DNA of 63,549 nt, the filler included, from Octopus bimaculoides (taxonomy: Eukaryota): the NCBI RefSeq assembly GCF_001194135.2. It is 6 parts of 5 records of this genome, joined end to end, with 100 filler letters (N's around TTAATTAATTAA, not from the genome) between each part and the next. Parts side by side here need not be neighbours in the genome. Positions count along the whole stretch, not along the records: positions 48,422 to 54,151 come from NC_068982.1; positions 54,252 to 61,801 come from NW_026363977.1; positions 61,902 to 63,549 come from NW_026404480.1; 3 more parts are not named here. One strand, 5' to 3'. Both the position numbers and the translations under genes were made by a program. This document shows positions 52,522 to 63,549 of the stretch, one piece after another (position 1 is the stretch's first letter; each line of letters starts with the position of its first letter). Below the pieces are notes generated by a model, which was given only the letters and a program-made list of their open reading frames with translations, was not told where the DNA came from and ran no database searches.

Positions 52522-52829
52522 TCCGTCCCTCTGCATTTGTCTGTCTCTCTGTACACATACGAACAACAACCACGAAACAGACGGTCGTTGCCCTTATAGT
52601 CTCGTAAGGAATTTTCTTCATAATGGATAACGTGCATGACAGCTCGATAACGTTATTAAGGACTAGGTTTGATGCGATTTTACACAAGCAGCTTTTAAGC
52701 AAAAGGAAAATGAATTTGTTAAGAGGTTATAAGCACAGTGAGCGTCTTTCCACGAACGCGTTAAGTATAAATATATACGACTTTATTTTAATCGTCGTTC
52801 CTGAGTGTGCGTGTTAATTCCAGTTAGAC

Positions 52830-53157
52830 ATGGAGTTCTCAACCATTTTTCATCTTTGGACCCCTCTGATTACTATTTTATTCTGGTGGACTCCATAACC
52901 ATTTGATGTTTAAAAACTAGTTTCATAGAAACTTCTTTCAAAATTCTTATTTTGTCAGCCACGCATTAACTTGTGTAGATAGAACTATGTAAAATGTTAG
53001 AGAAAGAAACCTAGTAGTTACTTGCAATACATACCATTGCTTACATCTTGGGCAAAACTTTTCCATGGGTCCTTAAAATACTATTATGGATCCCCAATTA
53101 ACTATTTTGTTGCATGGACCCCCAAAATTCTTATATGGACCCGGTTGAGAACCCTCT
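52830..53157. mobile_element. Probable hAT (Charlie-like) MITE
   Basis: Termini are ...gagttctcaacc and ggttgagaaccctct. The flanking 8-mers agttagac/agctagca match only partly. Confidence 0.5.
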
Positions 53158-54251
53158 AGCTAGCACACAGTGCGAAAATATATTTTGCTGTTAACATATA
53201 GGGTGTGTGTGTGTGTGTGAACGTATGCCATACCATCTTAAATCATGGGAATATTGTATTGGGCAGTTACCTGAAGGGGACTAATGAGTCTGAGGACCCA
53301 CTTTTGATTTATTTATGATGTGGCTTGCTCTCAATATATAAATACTATAGGGCCCAATACACTGAGTTTTGACCGGGGAACTAACCAGTTTAGGGACTCA
53401 ATTCTGGACCCAGGGCATTGATTTATCCGAAGGCTTCAATTGTAATCTACGTATGCAATGGTTTTCTGAAATTAATAAATAATATAGTACTCAGTGTATT
53501 GATTTACCCAGGGACCTCACAAGTTTAGGGATCCAAATCTAATATATGTATGTCGTAGCTTGCCATCACTAAATACTACAGGGCACAACGTGATGATTTT
53601 CCCAGGGGCCTATAATGCTGTTAAGATGGCCCCATGTATATGTAGGTCTGTATATGTATGTAAAAACAACGACAGGACACTTCTGTTAATAAAATTTCAT
53701 ATTTTAAAATCACAATTTGCGCTTTCCTTAATCATATTTGTTTATATTTCGACTATTTCTAAAATTATTCCTATTCTTCGCTCTATAGATCAACCAATCG
53801 TGAACTTGCTTTTTTTTTTTTTTTCATTTTATATATTTTACTTTTATTCCCATCTGTACATCGTTTCCCTACGATAGATGTAACTCTGGGAAAATTCTCT
53901 CCGTGCTGGGAAAAATGTTCACAGAGTTCAATGATCGCTAGAAATTAATCATGTCAACAGTTATGTGGAACTGAGAGAAGCTCATCAAATTTCATTCTCA
54001 ATTCGTTCTATTTGAAGGTCACAAGGCTATTTCATAATGTTGTTGTTGACTAAGTAAAAATAGATTCACGCTTAACAGATTGGATTACACTAATTTCATC
54101 ACTGCAAGCAACTATTTTATTTATTTAATGATTTATCTTTTACCTTTTCTTNNNNNNNNNNNNNNNNNNNNNNNNNNNNNNNNNNNNNNNNNNNNTTAAT
54201 TAATTAANNNNNNNNNNNNNNNNNNNNNNNNNNNNNNNNNNNNNNNNNNNN

Positions 54252-54285
<34 letters not shown>

Positions 54286-54989
54286 TGTGTATGTGTGGTG
54301 TGTATTAAACTGAAATATTTCAAAATTCAGATGATTTATGGGGGACATCACTTCATTGTAATTATGATGAGAAAGTCTACGGCACTTTGTTTTCTGTAGA
54401 ACGAAAGTAAAAGTACGTTGGTGGTGGGAGGGACAAAAATATAAAAAAGATCAATAGTTTATATACTTACACACATATACATCTATATATAATACATACA
54501 TATATATATGTGTGTGTGTGTGTGTGTACATACATATATACACACATATACAGGTGTGTTGATATGCATTTATATATATGCCTATGTATGTATGTTAATA
54601 TGTATCGTATCTTTGTAGGCATGCATTCATTACATAAAAATATATACACATACATACATAACAGATATATACATATATATAATCATATATACATACACAC
54701 ACACAGAGGCTCATACATGTAACAATATTCGATAATACAAGTTTTAGAACAGAAAATAGCTGTTCAGAATTTCCAATTATTATTAAAAAAAAAGACGGGG
54801 AAGAGAGAGAATGAGTTAGGTGAGGAAGAAGAGGGAAAGGAAAAAACATGATTTATGAATAAATAAATAAATAAATATGTTAAGCATATTAATATCTTTT
54901 AATCTGTTTTTTGATGTTGACATCAAATATATTGGAGTTGCTAGGTATCTTTCATGATGTTAGAGAGCTACTTTTGTGTGTGTGTGTGT

Positions 54990-55104
54990 GTGGGAGAGAG
55001 ATGGAGAGAGGAAGGAGAGAGAGAGAGAGAGATGGAGAGAGGAAGGAGAGAGAGAGAGGAAGAGAGACAGACAGAGAAGGAGAGAGATTTAAAGGTACAG
55101 AAAG

Positions 55105-55140
<36 letters not shown>

Positions 55141-56105
55141 GGAGACAGACAGAAAGACTGGCAGAGAGATTGAGGGGTAGAGAAAGGGAGGGAGAGATAG
55201 AGAGAAAGGTAGAGACAGATTGTGAGAGAAAGAGACAGGCAGACAGACAGACATGGGCAGAGAAACAGATAGAGAGAGGTATAGAAAGGAAGAGAGAGAC
55301 AGAGTGATAGGCAGACAGACAAGTGAGAGAGAGAAACAAAGAGAGAGAGAGAGAGAGCAGGGAGAAGGAGAGAGCAGGGAGAAAGAGAGAGGCGAATGGA
55401 GAAGGAGAGAGGGGAAGGGAGGAGAGAGGGGAAGGGAGAAGGAGAGAGGGGAAGGGAGAAGGAGAGAGGGGAAGGGAGAAGGAGAGAGGGGAAGGGAGAA
55501 GGAGAGAGGGGNNNNNNNNNNNNNNNNNNNNNNNNNNNNNNNNNNNNNNNNNNNNNNNNNNNNNNNNNNNNNNNNNNNNNNNNNNNNNNNNNNNNNNNNN
55601 NNNNNNNNNNNNNNNNNNNNNNNNNNNNNNNNNNNNNNNNNNNNNNNNNNNNNNNNNNNNNNNNNNNNNNNNNNNNNNNNNNNNNNNNNNNNNNNNNNNN
55701 NNNNNNNNNNNNNNNNNNNNNNNNNNNNNNNNNNNNNNNNNNNNNNNNNNNNNNNNNNNNNNNNNNNNNNNNNNNNNNNNNNNNNNNNNNNNNNNNNNNN
55801 NNNNNNNNNNNNNNNNNNNNNNNNNNNNNNNNNNNNNNNNNNNNNNNNNNNNNNNNNNNNNNNNNNNNNNGCATGTGTGTGTACGTGTATGTGTGTGTGT
55901 GCATGTGTGTATATGTGTGTGTGCATGTGTGTATATGTGTGTGTGTGCATGTGTGTGTACGTGTAAGTGTGTGTGCATGTGTGTATATGTGTGTGTGCAT
56001 GTGTGTGTATGTGTATGTGTGCATGTGTGTATATGTGTGTGTGTGCATGTGTGTGTACGTGTATGTGTGTGTGTGTGTGTGTGTGCGCGTGTATGTGTAT
56101 GTGTG
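54990..56105. repeat. GA-rich low-complexity tract, gap, then GT/ATGT compound repeat
   Basis: Includes ggagagaggggaagggagaa tandem units just before the gap at 55512. Confidence 0.9.
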
Positions 56106-56357
56106 CACTAAGTACTGCAGAAGACATGTTTTTGAAAAAAAGTAGTGACATGTAAAAGTTAATTTATTTCTAAATAGATTCATAGAGAACATTAAACATA
56201 CTTCATACACATAAAGCCACAAATTATATACATATGTATGTATATATGTGCATGTTTATATAGATATATGTATATGCATATAAGTGTGTGTGCGTGTGTG
56301 TACATACATAGATGTATATAGGTACATAAATACATACGTGCATACTTATACACATGT

Positions 56358-56505
56358 ATCATCATCATCATCATCATCATCATCGTTTAACGTCCGCTTT
56401 CCATGCTAGCATGGGTTGGACGATTTGACTGAGGACTGGTGAAACCGGATGGCAACACCAGGCTCCAGTCTGATTTGGCAGAGTTTCTACAGCTGGATGC
56501 CCTTC
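56358..56505 (-). mobile_element. Short (GAT)n-tailed retro-element 3' end (probably RTE-type)
   Basis: The 121-bp body 56385-56505 is identical to the reverse complement of 59309-59429. The tail is a short tandem repeat. Confidence 0.7.
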
Positions 56506-56537
56506 ATACTTATACACAGGTATACAGGTATATATAT

Positions 56538-56740
56538 TATTTGACTGCAGCCATGCTGGAGCACCACCTTTAGTCGAGGAAATCGACACCAGGACTTATT
56601 CTTTGTAAGCCTAGTACTTATTCTATTGGTCTCTCTTGCCAAACTGCTAAGTGATGGGAACGTAAACACACCACTATCGGTTGTCAACCGATGGTGGGGG
56701 GGGGGGGACAAACACAGACATACAAACATATACTTACATC

Positions 56741-56771
<31 letters not shown>

Positions 56772-56938
56772 GACAGGCTTCTTTCAGTTTCCGTCTATCA
56801 AATCCACTCACAAGGCTTTGGTTGGCCCAAGGCTATATTAGAAGACACTTGCCCAAGGTATCATGCAGTGGGACTGAACCTGGAACCATGTGGTCGGTAA
56901 GCAAGCTAAGCTACTTACCACACAGCCACTCCTGTGCC
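56538..56938 (-). mobile_element. SINE family A, near full-length
   Basis: Collinear with 58330-58728. Confidence 0.85.
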
Positions 56939-57042
56939 TATGTATTTAAATATTTATGCATAATGAACAAATGGAAGTGGAACTCTGTACATTTGTTCAG
57001 AGTTACACATATCCAATATCTGTCTCACTTTGTTCCGCATTA

Positions 57043-57093
57043 CATATTACTTAGTTTCATGTACACATAAGACGCATCCACCTCATCAGATGT
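57043..57093 (-). ncRNA. Hammerhead ribozyme-like motif, intact core with eroded helices
   Basis: Minus strand reads ACAU-CUGAUGA-ggtggatgcgtcttatgtgtacat-GAAA-CUAAG-UA|AUAUG. Helix II forms only with a bulged G and several G.U pairs. Confidence 0.5.
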
Positions 57094-57459
57094 TCAGAGT
57101 CAGTGTAGAGACTTTGAAAGGAATTCAAAATGTACATTTATATTATTTAGATTATTCACATTTGACGGATATTTGTCCTCATCTTATTTGTTGTTAATAC
57201 AACGTTTCGGCTGATAAACTCACTACGCCATATGCTCTTAAATATAGAACTGAAACTCAAAATGGTTTCTAAGTGTCTAGGTCTCTATTGGTCAGCTGCA
57301 GTCACATAGTTATAATGTGATGCTATCACAGTGATGTCAATTATTTTCCAATATTCTTAGGTTCCTGTATTGAGCACAAGATGTTGACAGGATGCTGGTG
57401 CCATTTTGACTGCAGGCTGAATTGTGTTATAACAACAACTATAATATTAATAATCTTTT

Positions 57460-57955
57460 ATACTATAGGCACAAAGCCTGAAAATTGGGAGAGAGNNNNN
57501 NNNNNTTCATTGACCCTGGAAGGATGAAAGACAAGGTCAACTTCAGCAGAATTTGAATTCGGGATATTAAAATGGATAAAATGCTTAGCAACATGCTAAC
57601 AATTTTGCTGGCACACCACTTCAATAATAATAATAATAATTCTGCTAAAGGCATAAGGCCTGAAATTTGGTGGGGAGTGAATTAGTAGATTACACTGACC
57701 CCAGTGTTTTACTGGTACTTGATTTATCGAGCCAAAAAAGATGAAAGGCAAAGTCGACCTCGGCAGATTTCGAACACAGAACATAGCGATGGGTAAAATA
57801 CCGCTAAGCATTTTCTCCAGCGCTCTAATGATTCTGCCAGTTCACCACCTTAAGAACCTCAGTGGAATTTGAACTTGGAATGTAACGACAAGTGAAATGC
57901 CACTAAGCATTTCGTCCGGTATGCTATCGATTCTGCCAGCTCACCACCTTCAATA
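57460..57955 (-). mobile_element. Array of about three SINE B copies or fragments separated by (TAA)n
   Basis: Repeated gaaaggatgaaag.caa.gtc.ac...gaatttgaa...atgcttagc/ctaagcat blocks. Confidence 0.75.
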
Positions 57956-58329
57956 ATAATAATAGTAATGATAATAACAACAACAACAACAATGACAATG
58001 GTTACTTCTGTCAATTTCAACACGAGTTTTTGAAGGAGAGGATTTGAAAGAAAAAAAAAAAAGGGAGACACAGGAAAAAACAACTTAAAAAATAATAGAA
58101 TAAAAGAAGTTGCATCTATTTGCATTGGATGCCTGAATGCAATTTTGAGTCTAAGGATGAATTTTGCTACAAAGTCAAACTGGGGACACTGCTGATTTTG
58201 ATTTAGCCTGGGATCGGTCAAATGCGTCTGTTGATGGCAGGATATAAATCTTATCGTTCTTTTTCCTCAACTCAGATTGGACAATAATAATAATAACAAT
58301 AATAATAATAATAATAATTATACTCTCTC

Positions 58330-58728
58330 TCTCTTTTACTCTTTTACTTGTTTCAGTCATTTGACTGCAGCCATGCTGGAGCACCGCCTTTAGCCGAGCA
58401 GATTTACCCCAGGACTTATTCTTTGTAAGCCTAGTACTTATTCTATCGGTCTCTTTTTGCCGAACCGCTAAGTTACGGGGACGTAAACACACCAGCAATG
58501 GTTGTCAAGCGAAGTTGGGGGGACAAATACAGACACACAAACATATACACACACATACATATATACGATGGGCTTCTTTCAATTTCCGTCTACCAAATCC
58601 ACTCACAAGGCTTTGGTCGGCCCAGGGCTATTGTAGAAGACACTTGCCCAAGGTACCACGCAGTGGGACTGAACCCGGAACCATGTGGTTAGTAAGCAAG
58701 CTACATACCGCACAGCCACTCCTGCGCC
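58330..58728 (-). mobile_element. SINE family A, full-length
   Basis: Reverse complement of the 61100-61513 copy, from head (ggcgcaggagtggctgtg) to tail. Confidence 0.88.
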
Positions 58729-59039
58729 TATAATAATAATAATAATGGATAAAGGAAGTTTAGAATGGTTATAATATTGATTATTTTTTTCCCTGACTTT
58801 CTTTATTTGAAGCAATTAATTGTTACATTTTGCTTTGCAAGATTCATCAATTTTCTGAAGGCACTGGTTTCTGATTCATTAAGAAAAATAGAGAAATAAA
58901 TAAAAAAAACAAAACAAAAAAAAAACATGATGAGTAAAGAATTAACAATCGTTAATTTTACAAATAATTTGAATTAAGAGATATAATTGGTGACAATTAA
59001 TATGAACCACATTCCCTGAATGTATATTCTTTTATTCTG

Positions 59040-59630
59040 TTTTTCTTTCACTTGTTCCAATCATTTGACTGCAGCCATGCTGGAGCACCACTTCAAAGGG
59101 TTTCAGTTGAAGAAATCGACCCCAGGACTTATTCTTTGTAAGCGCGATACTTACTCTGTCAGTCTCTTTTGCTGAACTTTTAAGTTATGGGGACATAAAC
59201 ACACCAACATCAGTTGTCAAGTTATGAGAGTGAGGCACAAACACAGACACACACACATAAATATATACACATATAGAAATATATATATATATATGTGGTT
59301 GGCGTTAGGAAGGGCATCCAGCTGTAGAAACTCTGCCAAATCAGACTGGAGCCTGGTGTTGCCATCCGGTTTCACCAGTCCTCAGTCAAATCGTCCAACC
59401 CATGCTAGCATGGAAAGCGGACGTTAAACGATGATGATGATGATGATGATATATGACAGACTTCTTTCAGTTTCCATCNNNNNNNNNNTTCAGTTTCCAT
59501 CTACCAAATCCACTCACAAGGTTTGATCAGCCTGAGGCTATAGAAGAAGACACTTGCCCAGGGTGCCACACAGTGGGACTGAACCCGGAACCATGTGGTT
59601 GGGAAGCAAGCTTCTTACCACAGAGTCATG
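59040..59630 (-). mobile_element. SINE family A with a nested (GAT)n-tailed element in its internal microsatellite
   Basis: SINE A segments lie on both sides of 59295-59450. Confidence 0.8.
59295..59450 (+). mobile_element. Short (GAT)n-tailed retro-element 3' end (probably RTE-type)
   Basis: Second copy of the 56358-56505 element, nested in SINE A. Confidence 0.7.
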
Positions 59631-59808
59631 CTCAAGTAAATATCATATCACTGACCAGGCTATGGGATGAGGTTAAACACCACTGGCCACAGTGTACTTC
59701 CTAGCTTTGTTGTGGCTTTTGAATGATGCCACCTGGCCTACAGGTCAGCCGAGCAAGCCAGCATTTCCTTTGAAGAGGACACCAGTTTTTTGAAGGGTTA
59801 CATATTTA

Positions 59809-59932
59809 CAGCAGAGTGAAGCAGAGCAATGTGAAATGAAGTGCTCTGTTCAAGAACGCAAAACGCCACTGGGGATCGAAACCGCACTCTTGCAATCATG
59901 AATGCAACGCCCTAACCACTGGGCCATGCGCC
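59809..59932 (-). mobile_element. tRNA-like SINE head
   Basis: The minus strand reads ggcgcatggcccagtggttagggc...gtttcgatcccc (A and B boxes). Confidence 0.7.
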
Positions 59933-60240
59933 TTCACACACACATGCCTGATGGTAGTCTCTTCTCATAATCTAAGAAAGACAGTTCTGTCATTTCTTGC
60001 TCAACAACCTTCACAAATGATTTGCTTAAAACGATCAAATGTATTTGCTGTACATTGGCTCACTCCCGCCATCAAATTGACATTGCCTGAACAGGTGGAC
60101 AGTGTAGCCCATGGCATGTGTCAAAGTAATCACAGAGCAATACGAGATGAACGGTTTTCCTCAAGAACACAACCTGAAACTACAATCTCATGATCGTGAG
60201 CACAATAATTTAACCACTAGATCATGCATCTTTGCACATA

Positions 60241-60300
60241 TATGAGGGGGTGCTGAGAAGTTCCTGGTTTTAATGGGTATCACGAAAGGCCTAGTTGGAG
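60241..60300 (+). mobile_element. Possible mariner-type left terminus fragment
   Basis: TA+tgagggggtgctgagaagttcctgg resembles a mariner TIR start. No partner TIR was found. Confidence 0.35.
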
Positions 60301-60679
60301 GCCCAAGTTACTGTGTTCGTCTCTTTCAGAGATTTTAGAACTAGCTTCTTTGCTTGATGGATAGATGGATGGATGGATATTGTATGAAGAAAAGCAATAC
60401 TATATATAAATATATAAGGGGTGCCAATACTATATATAAATATATAAGCTGGTGCCAAACGTAATGCTCTGCACTCCTTTGGACTATGTCAGCAAGGTTG
60501 AGAGCGGAATCCTGACGATTGGGCTACCCAGGATTTTCTTACATCCAGCCCAGGCCTGCGCAAAACTGGAGAGGACATGAAATGTAAAAACCAAACTGGA
60601 ATTGTTTATGTGCAACTCCATTGTCTCCTGAGACAAGAGGATGCCAACAACAACAACAACAACAACTGGAGACACAAGG

Positions 60680-61085
60680 TCTCAAATTTGTGGGGAGGGG
60701 ACAAGTCACTTACATCAACCCCAGTGTTTCACCCAGAAAGGATGAAAGGCAAAGTCGACCTCGGCAGAATTTGAACTCAGAATGTAGCAACAGGAGAAAT
60801 ACCACTAAGCATTTCACCCAGCATGCTAACGATCCTGCCAGCTCACCGCCTTAATAACATTAATAATAATAATGATTTCAAATTTTGGCACAAGGCCAGC
60901 AATTTCAGGGATGAGTTGAACACATGGACCGCAGTACTCAACTGGTACATATTTTATCGACCCTGAAAGGATGAAAGGCAAAGTCAACCATGGCAGAATT
61001 TGAACTCAGAACGTAAAGATAAACTAAAAATGCCACTAAGCCCTTTGCCCGGTGTGTTAATGGCTCTGCCGGCTCACCACCCTAG
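60680..61085 (-). mobile_element. Two head-to-tail SINE B copies
   Basis: 60680-60852 and 60875-61085, separated by (TAA)n. Confidence 0.78.
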
Positions 61086-61099
61086 TAATAATAATAATA

Positions 61100-61513
61100 G
61101 GCGCAGGAGTGGCTGTGTGGTAAGTAGCTTGCTTACCAACCACATGGTTCCGGGTTCAGTCCCACTGCATGGCACCATGGGCAAGTGTCTTCTACTATAG
61201 CCTCGGCCAACCAAAGCCTTGTGAGTGGATTTGGTAGACGGAAACTGAAAGAAGCCCATCATATATATGCATATATATATATATATGTATGTGTATATGT
61301 TTGTGTGTCTGTGTTTGTCCCCGACAGTATCGCTTGACAACCGATGGTGGTGTGTTTACGTCCCCATAGTAACTTAGCGGTTCAGCAAAAGGGACCGATA
61401 GAATAAGTACTAGACTTCCAAAGAATAAGTCCTGGAGTCGATTTGCTCGATTAAAAAAGGCGGTGCTCCAGCATGGCCACAGTCAAATGACTGAAACAAG
61501 TAAAAGAGTAAAG
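61100..61513 (+). mobile_element. tRNA-derived SINE, family 'A' (local label), full-length
   Basis: A-box TGGCTGTGTGG (61110-61120), B-box GGTTCAGTCC (61153-61162), internal AT/GT microsatellite and a gtaaaaga tail. Many homologues occur in this window. Confidence 0.88.
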
Positions 61514-61649
61514 AATAATAAGAAGAAGAGTGCGACTGTTACCGAAAGAACAATATTTCGACACATCATGTGTCTTCCACAAGTTCAAAATAATCATCTC
61601 AATCTACTTCATTTTGGTAATATTCAAAGAGTAACATCAATCCTTAAAT

Positions 61650-61719
<70 letters not shown>

Positions 61720-61901
61720 TTGGGCCTCACCGAGGCGATGACTACTGACCGAGACCTTTGGAAATGTGCTGTGCGTGAGAAGACCCGGCAAGCCAATTGA
61801 GNNNNNNNNNNNNNNNNNNNNNNNNNNNNNNNNNNNNNNNNNNNNTTAATTAATTAANNNNNNNNNNNNNNNNNNNNNNNNNNNNNNNNNNNNNNNNNNN
61901 N

Positions 61902-63549
61902 TGTGCATGAGAGAGAGGAAGGAATGTTGAGTAAAAGGATCTCACCTTCGTTGCTAACTGTAGATTGAGATAGAGGCTGATAGAGAAGATGTGCGTGAGA
62001 GAGAGGAAGGCTGTGGAGTGAAAGGAACCCACCTTCGTTGTTAACTGTAGATAGAGATAAAGGCGGGGCTGATAGAGAAGATGTGCGTGAGAGAGAGAAA
62101 GAATGTGGAGTGAAAGGAGCTCACCTTCGTCGCTAACTTTAGATGCAGATAGAGGCGGGACTGATAGAGAAGATGTGCGTGAGAGAGGGAAGAATGTGGA
62201 GTGAAAGGAGCTCACCTTCGTCACTAACTGTAGATGCAGATAGAAGCGGGGCTGATAGAAAAGATGTGCGTGAGAGAGGGAAAGAATGTAAAGTAAAAGG
62301 GGCGCATCTTTGTCGCTAACTGTAGATGCAGATACAGGCGGATCTGATACAGAAGATGTGCGTGAGAGAGAGGATGGAATGTTGAGTAAAAGGAGCTCAC
62401 CTTCGTCGTTAACTGTAGATGCAGATACATGCGGATCTGATAGAGAAGATGTGCGTGAGAGAGAGGATGGAATGTTGAGTAAAAGGAGCTCAGCTTCGTC
62501 GTTAACTGTAGATGCAGATACAGGCGGATCTGATAGAGAAGATGTGCGTGAGAGAGAGGAAGAATGTGGAGTGAAAGGAGCTCAGCTTCGTCGTTAACTG
62601 TAGATGCAGATAGAGGCGGGGCTGATAGAGATGATGTTCGTGAGAGAGAGAAAGAATGTGGAGTAAAAGGAGCTCACCTTCGTCGCTAACTGTAGATGCA
62701 GATAGAGGCGGGGCTGNNNNNNNNNNNNNNNNNNNNNNNNNNNNNNNNNNNNNNNNNNNNNNNNNNNNNNNNNNNNNNNNNNNNNNNNNNNNNNNNNNNN
62801 NNNNNNNNNNNNNNNNNNNNNNNNNNNNNNNNNNNNNNNNNNNNNNNNNNNNNNNNNNNNNNNNNNNNNNNNNNNNNNNNNNNNNNNNNNNNNNNNNNNN
62901 NNNNNNNNNNNNNNNNNNNNNNNNNNNNNNNNNNNNNNNNNNNNNNNNNNNNNNNNNNNNNNNNNNNNNNNNNNNNNNNNNNNNNNNNNNNNNNNNNNNN
63001 NNNNNNNNNNNNNNNNNNNNNNNNNNNNNNNNNNNNNNNNNNNNNNNNNNNNNNNNNNNNNNNNNNNNNNNNNNNNNNNNNNNNNNNNNNNNNNNNNNNN
63101 NNNNNNNNNNNNNNNNNNNNNNNNNNNNNNNNNNNNNNNNNNNNNNNNNNNNNNNNNNNNNNNNNNNNNNNNNNNNNNNNNNNNNNNNNNNNNNNNNNNN
63201 NNNNNNNNNNNNNNNNNNNNNNNNNNNNNNNNNNNNNNNNNNNNNNNNNNNNNNNNNNNNNNNNNNNNNNNNNNNNNNNNNNNNNNNNNNNNNNNNNNNN
63301 NNNNNNNNNNNNNNNNNNNGTAAAAGGAGCTCACCTTCGTCGCTAAATGTAGATGCAGATACAGGCGGGGCTGATAGAGAAGATGTGCGTGAGAGAGAGA
63401 AAGAATGTGGAGTAAAAGGAGCTCACTTTCGTCGCTAACTGTAGTTGAAGATAGAGGTGTAGGCTGATAGAGAAGATGTGCTTGAGAGATGGAAAGAATG
63501 TTGAGTAAAAGGAGGTCACTTTCGTTGTTAACTGTAGATGCAGATAGAG
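61902..63549. repeat. ~92-bp tandem satellite (units 91-93 bp) spanning an N gap and running off the window
   Basis: The gatagagaag anchor recurs at 61979, 62071, 62163, 62254, 62346, 62439, 62532 and 62624. The array resumes after the gap at 63320. Confidence 0.95.

Noticed and set aside
56428-56450. CTGAGGA-ctggt-GAAA-ccgg as a hammerhead (also reversed near 59370)
   Set aside because: Only 5 unpaired nt lie between the core halves, so there is no helix II, and there is no NUH/helix I.
60395-60455. 30-bp tandem duplication
   Set aside because: Ordinary slippage in AT-rich sequence.
61100-61175. tRNA genes at SINE heads (also 25468 and 59860-59932)
   Set aside because: A and B boxes are present but I see no full cloverleaf, and the heads continue into multi-copy SINE bodies.
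62310-62597. 31-aa repeat protein ORF (SLTVDADTGGSDREDVREREDGMLSKRSS)
   Set aside because: It arises from consecutive 93-bp satellite units, and neighbouring 91-92-bp units break the frame.
61902-62716. CRISPR-like regular array
   Set aside because: There are no unique spacers, the whole unit repeats, the context is eukaryotic and no cas genes are present.

Overview
AT-rich, gap-ridden, repeat-dense animal (metazoan) DNA. The recurring tRNA-headed SINEs, dense microsatellites and a C2H2 zinc-finger remnant look octopod (Octopus-like); this is recognition, not a database hit. I find no intact host gene, and nearly all ORFs in the track are microsatellite, SINE or N-gap artefacts. Supportable coding remnants are transposon-derived except one: a full-length dead Tigger/pogo (45803-48311, DD32D), a mariner 3' fragment, a decayed Penelope-like RT/GIY-YIG, an R4/Dong-type LINE 3' end, an RTE 3' end, and a non-transposon degenerate C2H2-ZNF fragment. 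The main signal missing from the ORF track is a set of sequence-divergent minimal type-I hammerhead ribozyme (HHR) motifs, a form known from Penelope-like terminal repeats. Three have complete cores and palindromic helix III (35545-35646, 37363-37414, 49792-49852); a fourth has an intact core but weaker helices (57043-57093). All four are on the minus strand, and the plus-strand look-alikes are defective. The 37.4-kb ribozyme lies in a perfect 164-bp inverted repeat whose inner boundary falls exactly at its GAAA. A 282-bp palindromic insertion with a 12-bp target-site duplication (TSD) interrupts the Tigger transposase. A ~92-bp satellite fills the right end. Ribozyme folds were worked out by hand and none is shown to be active.
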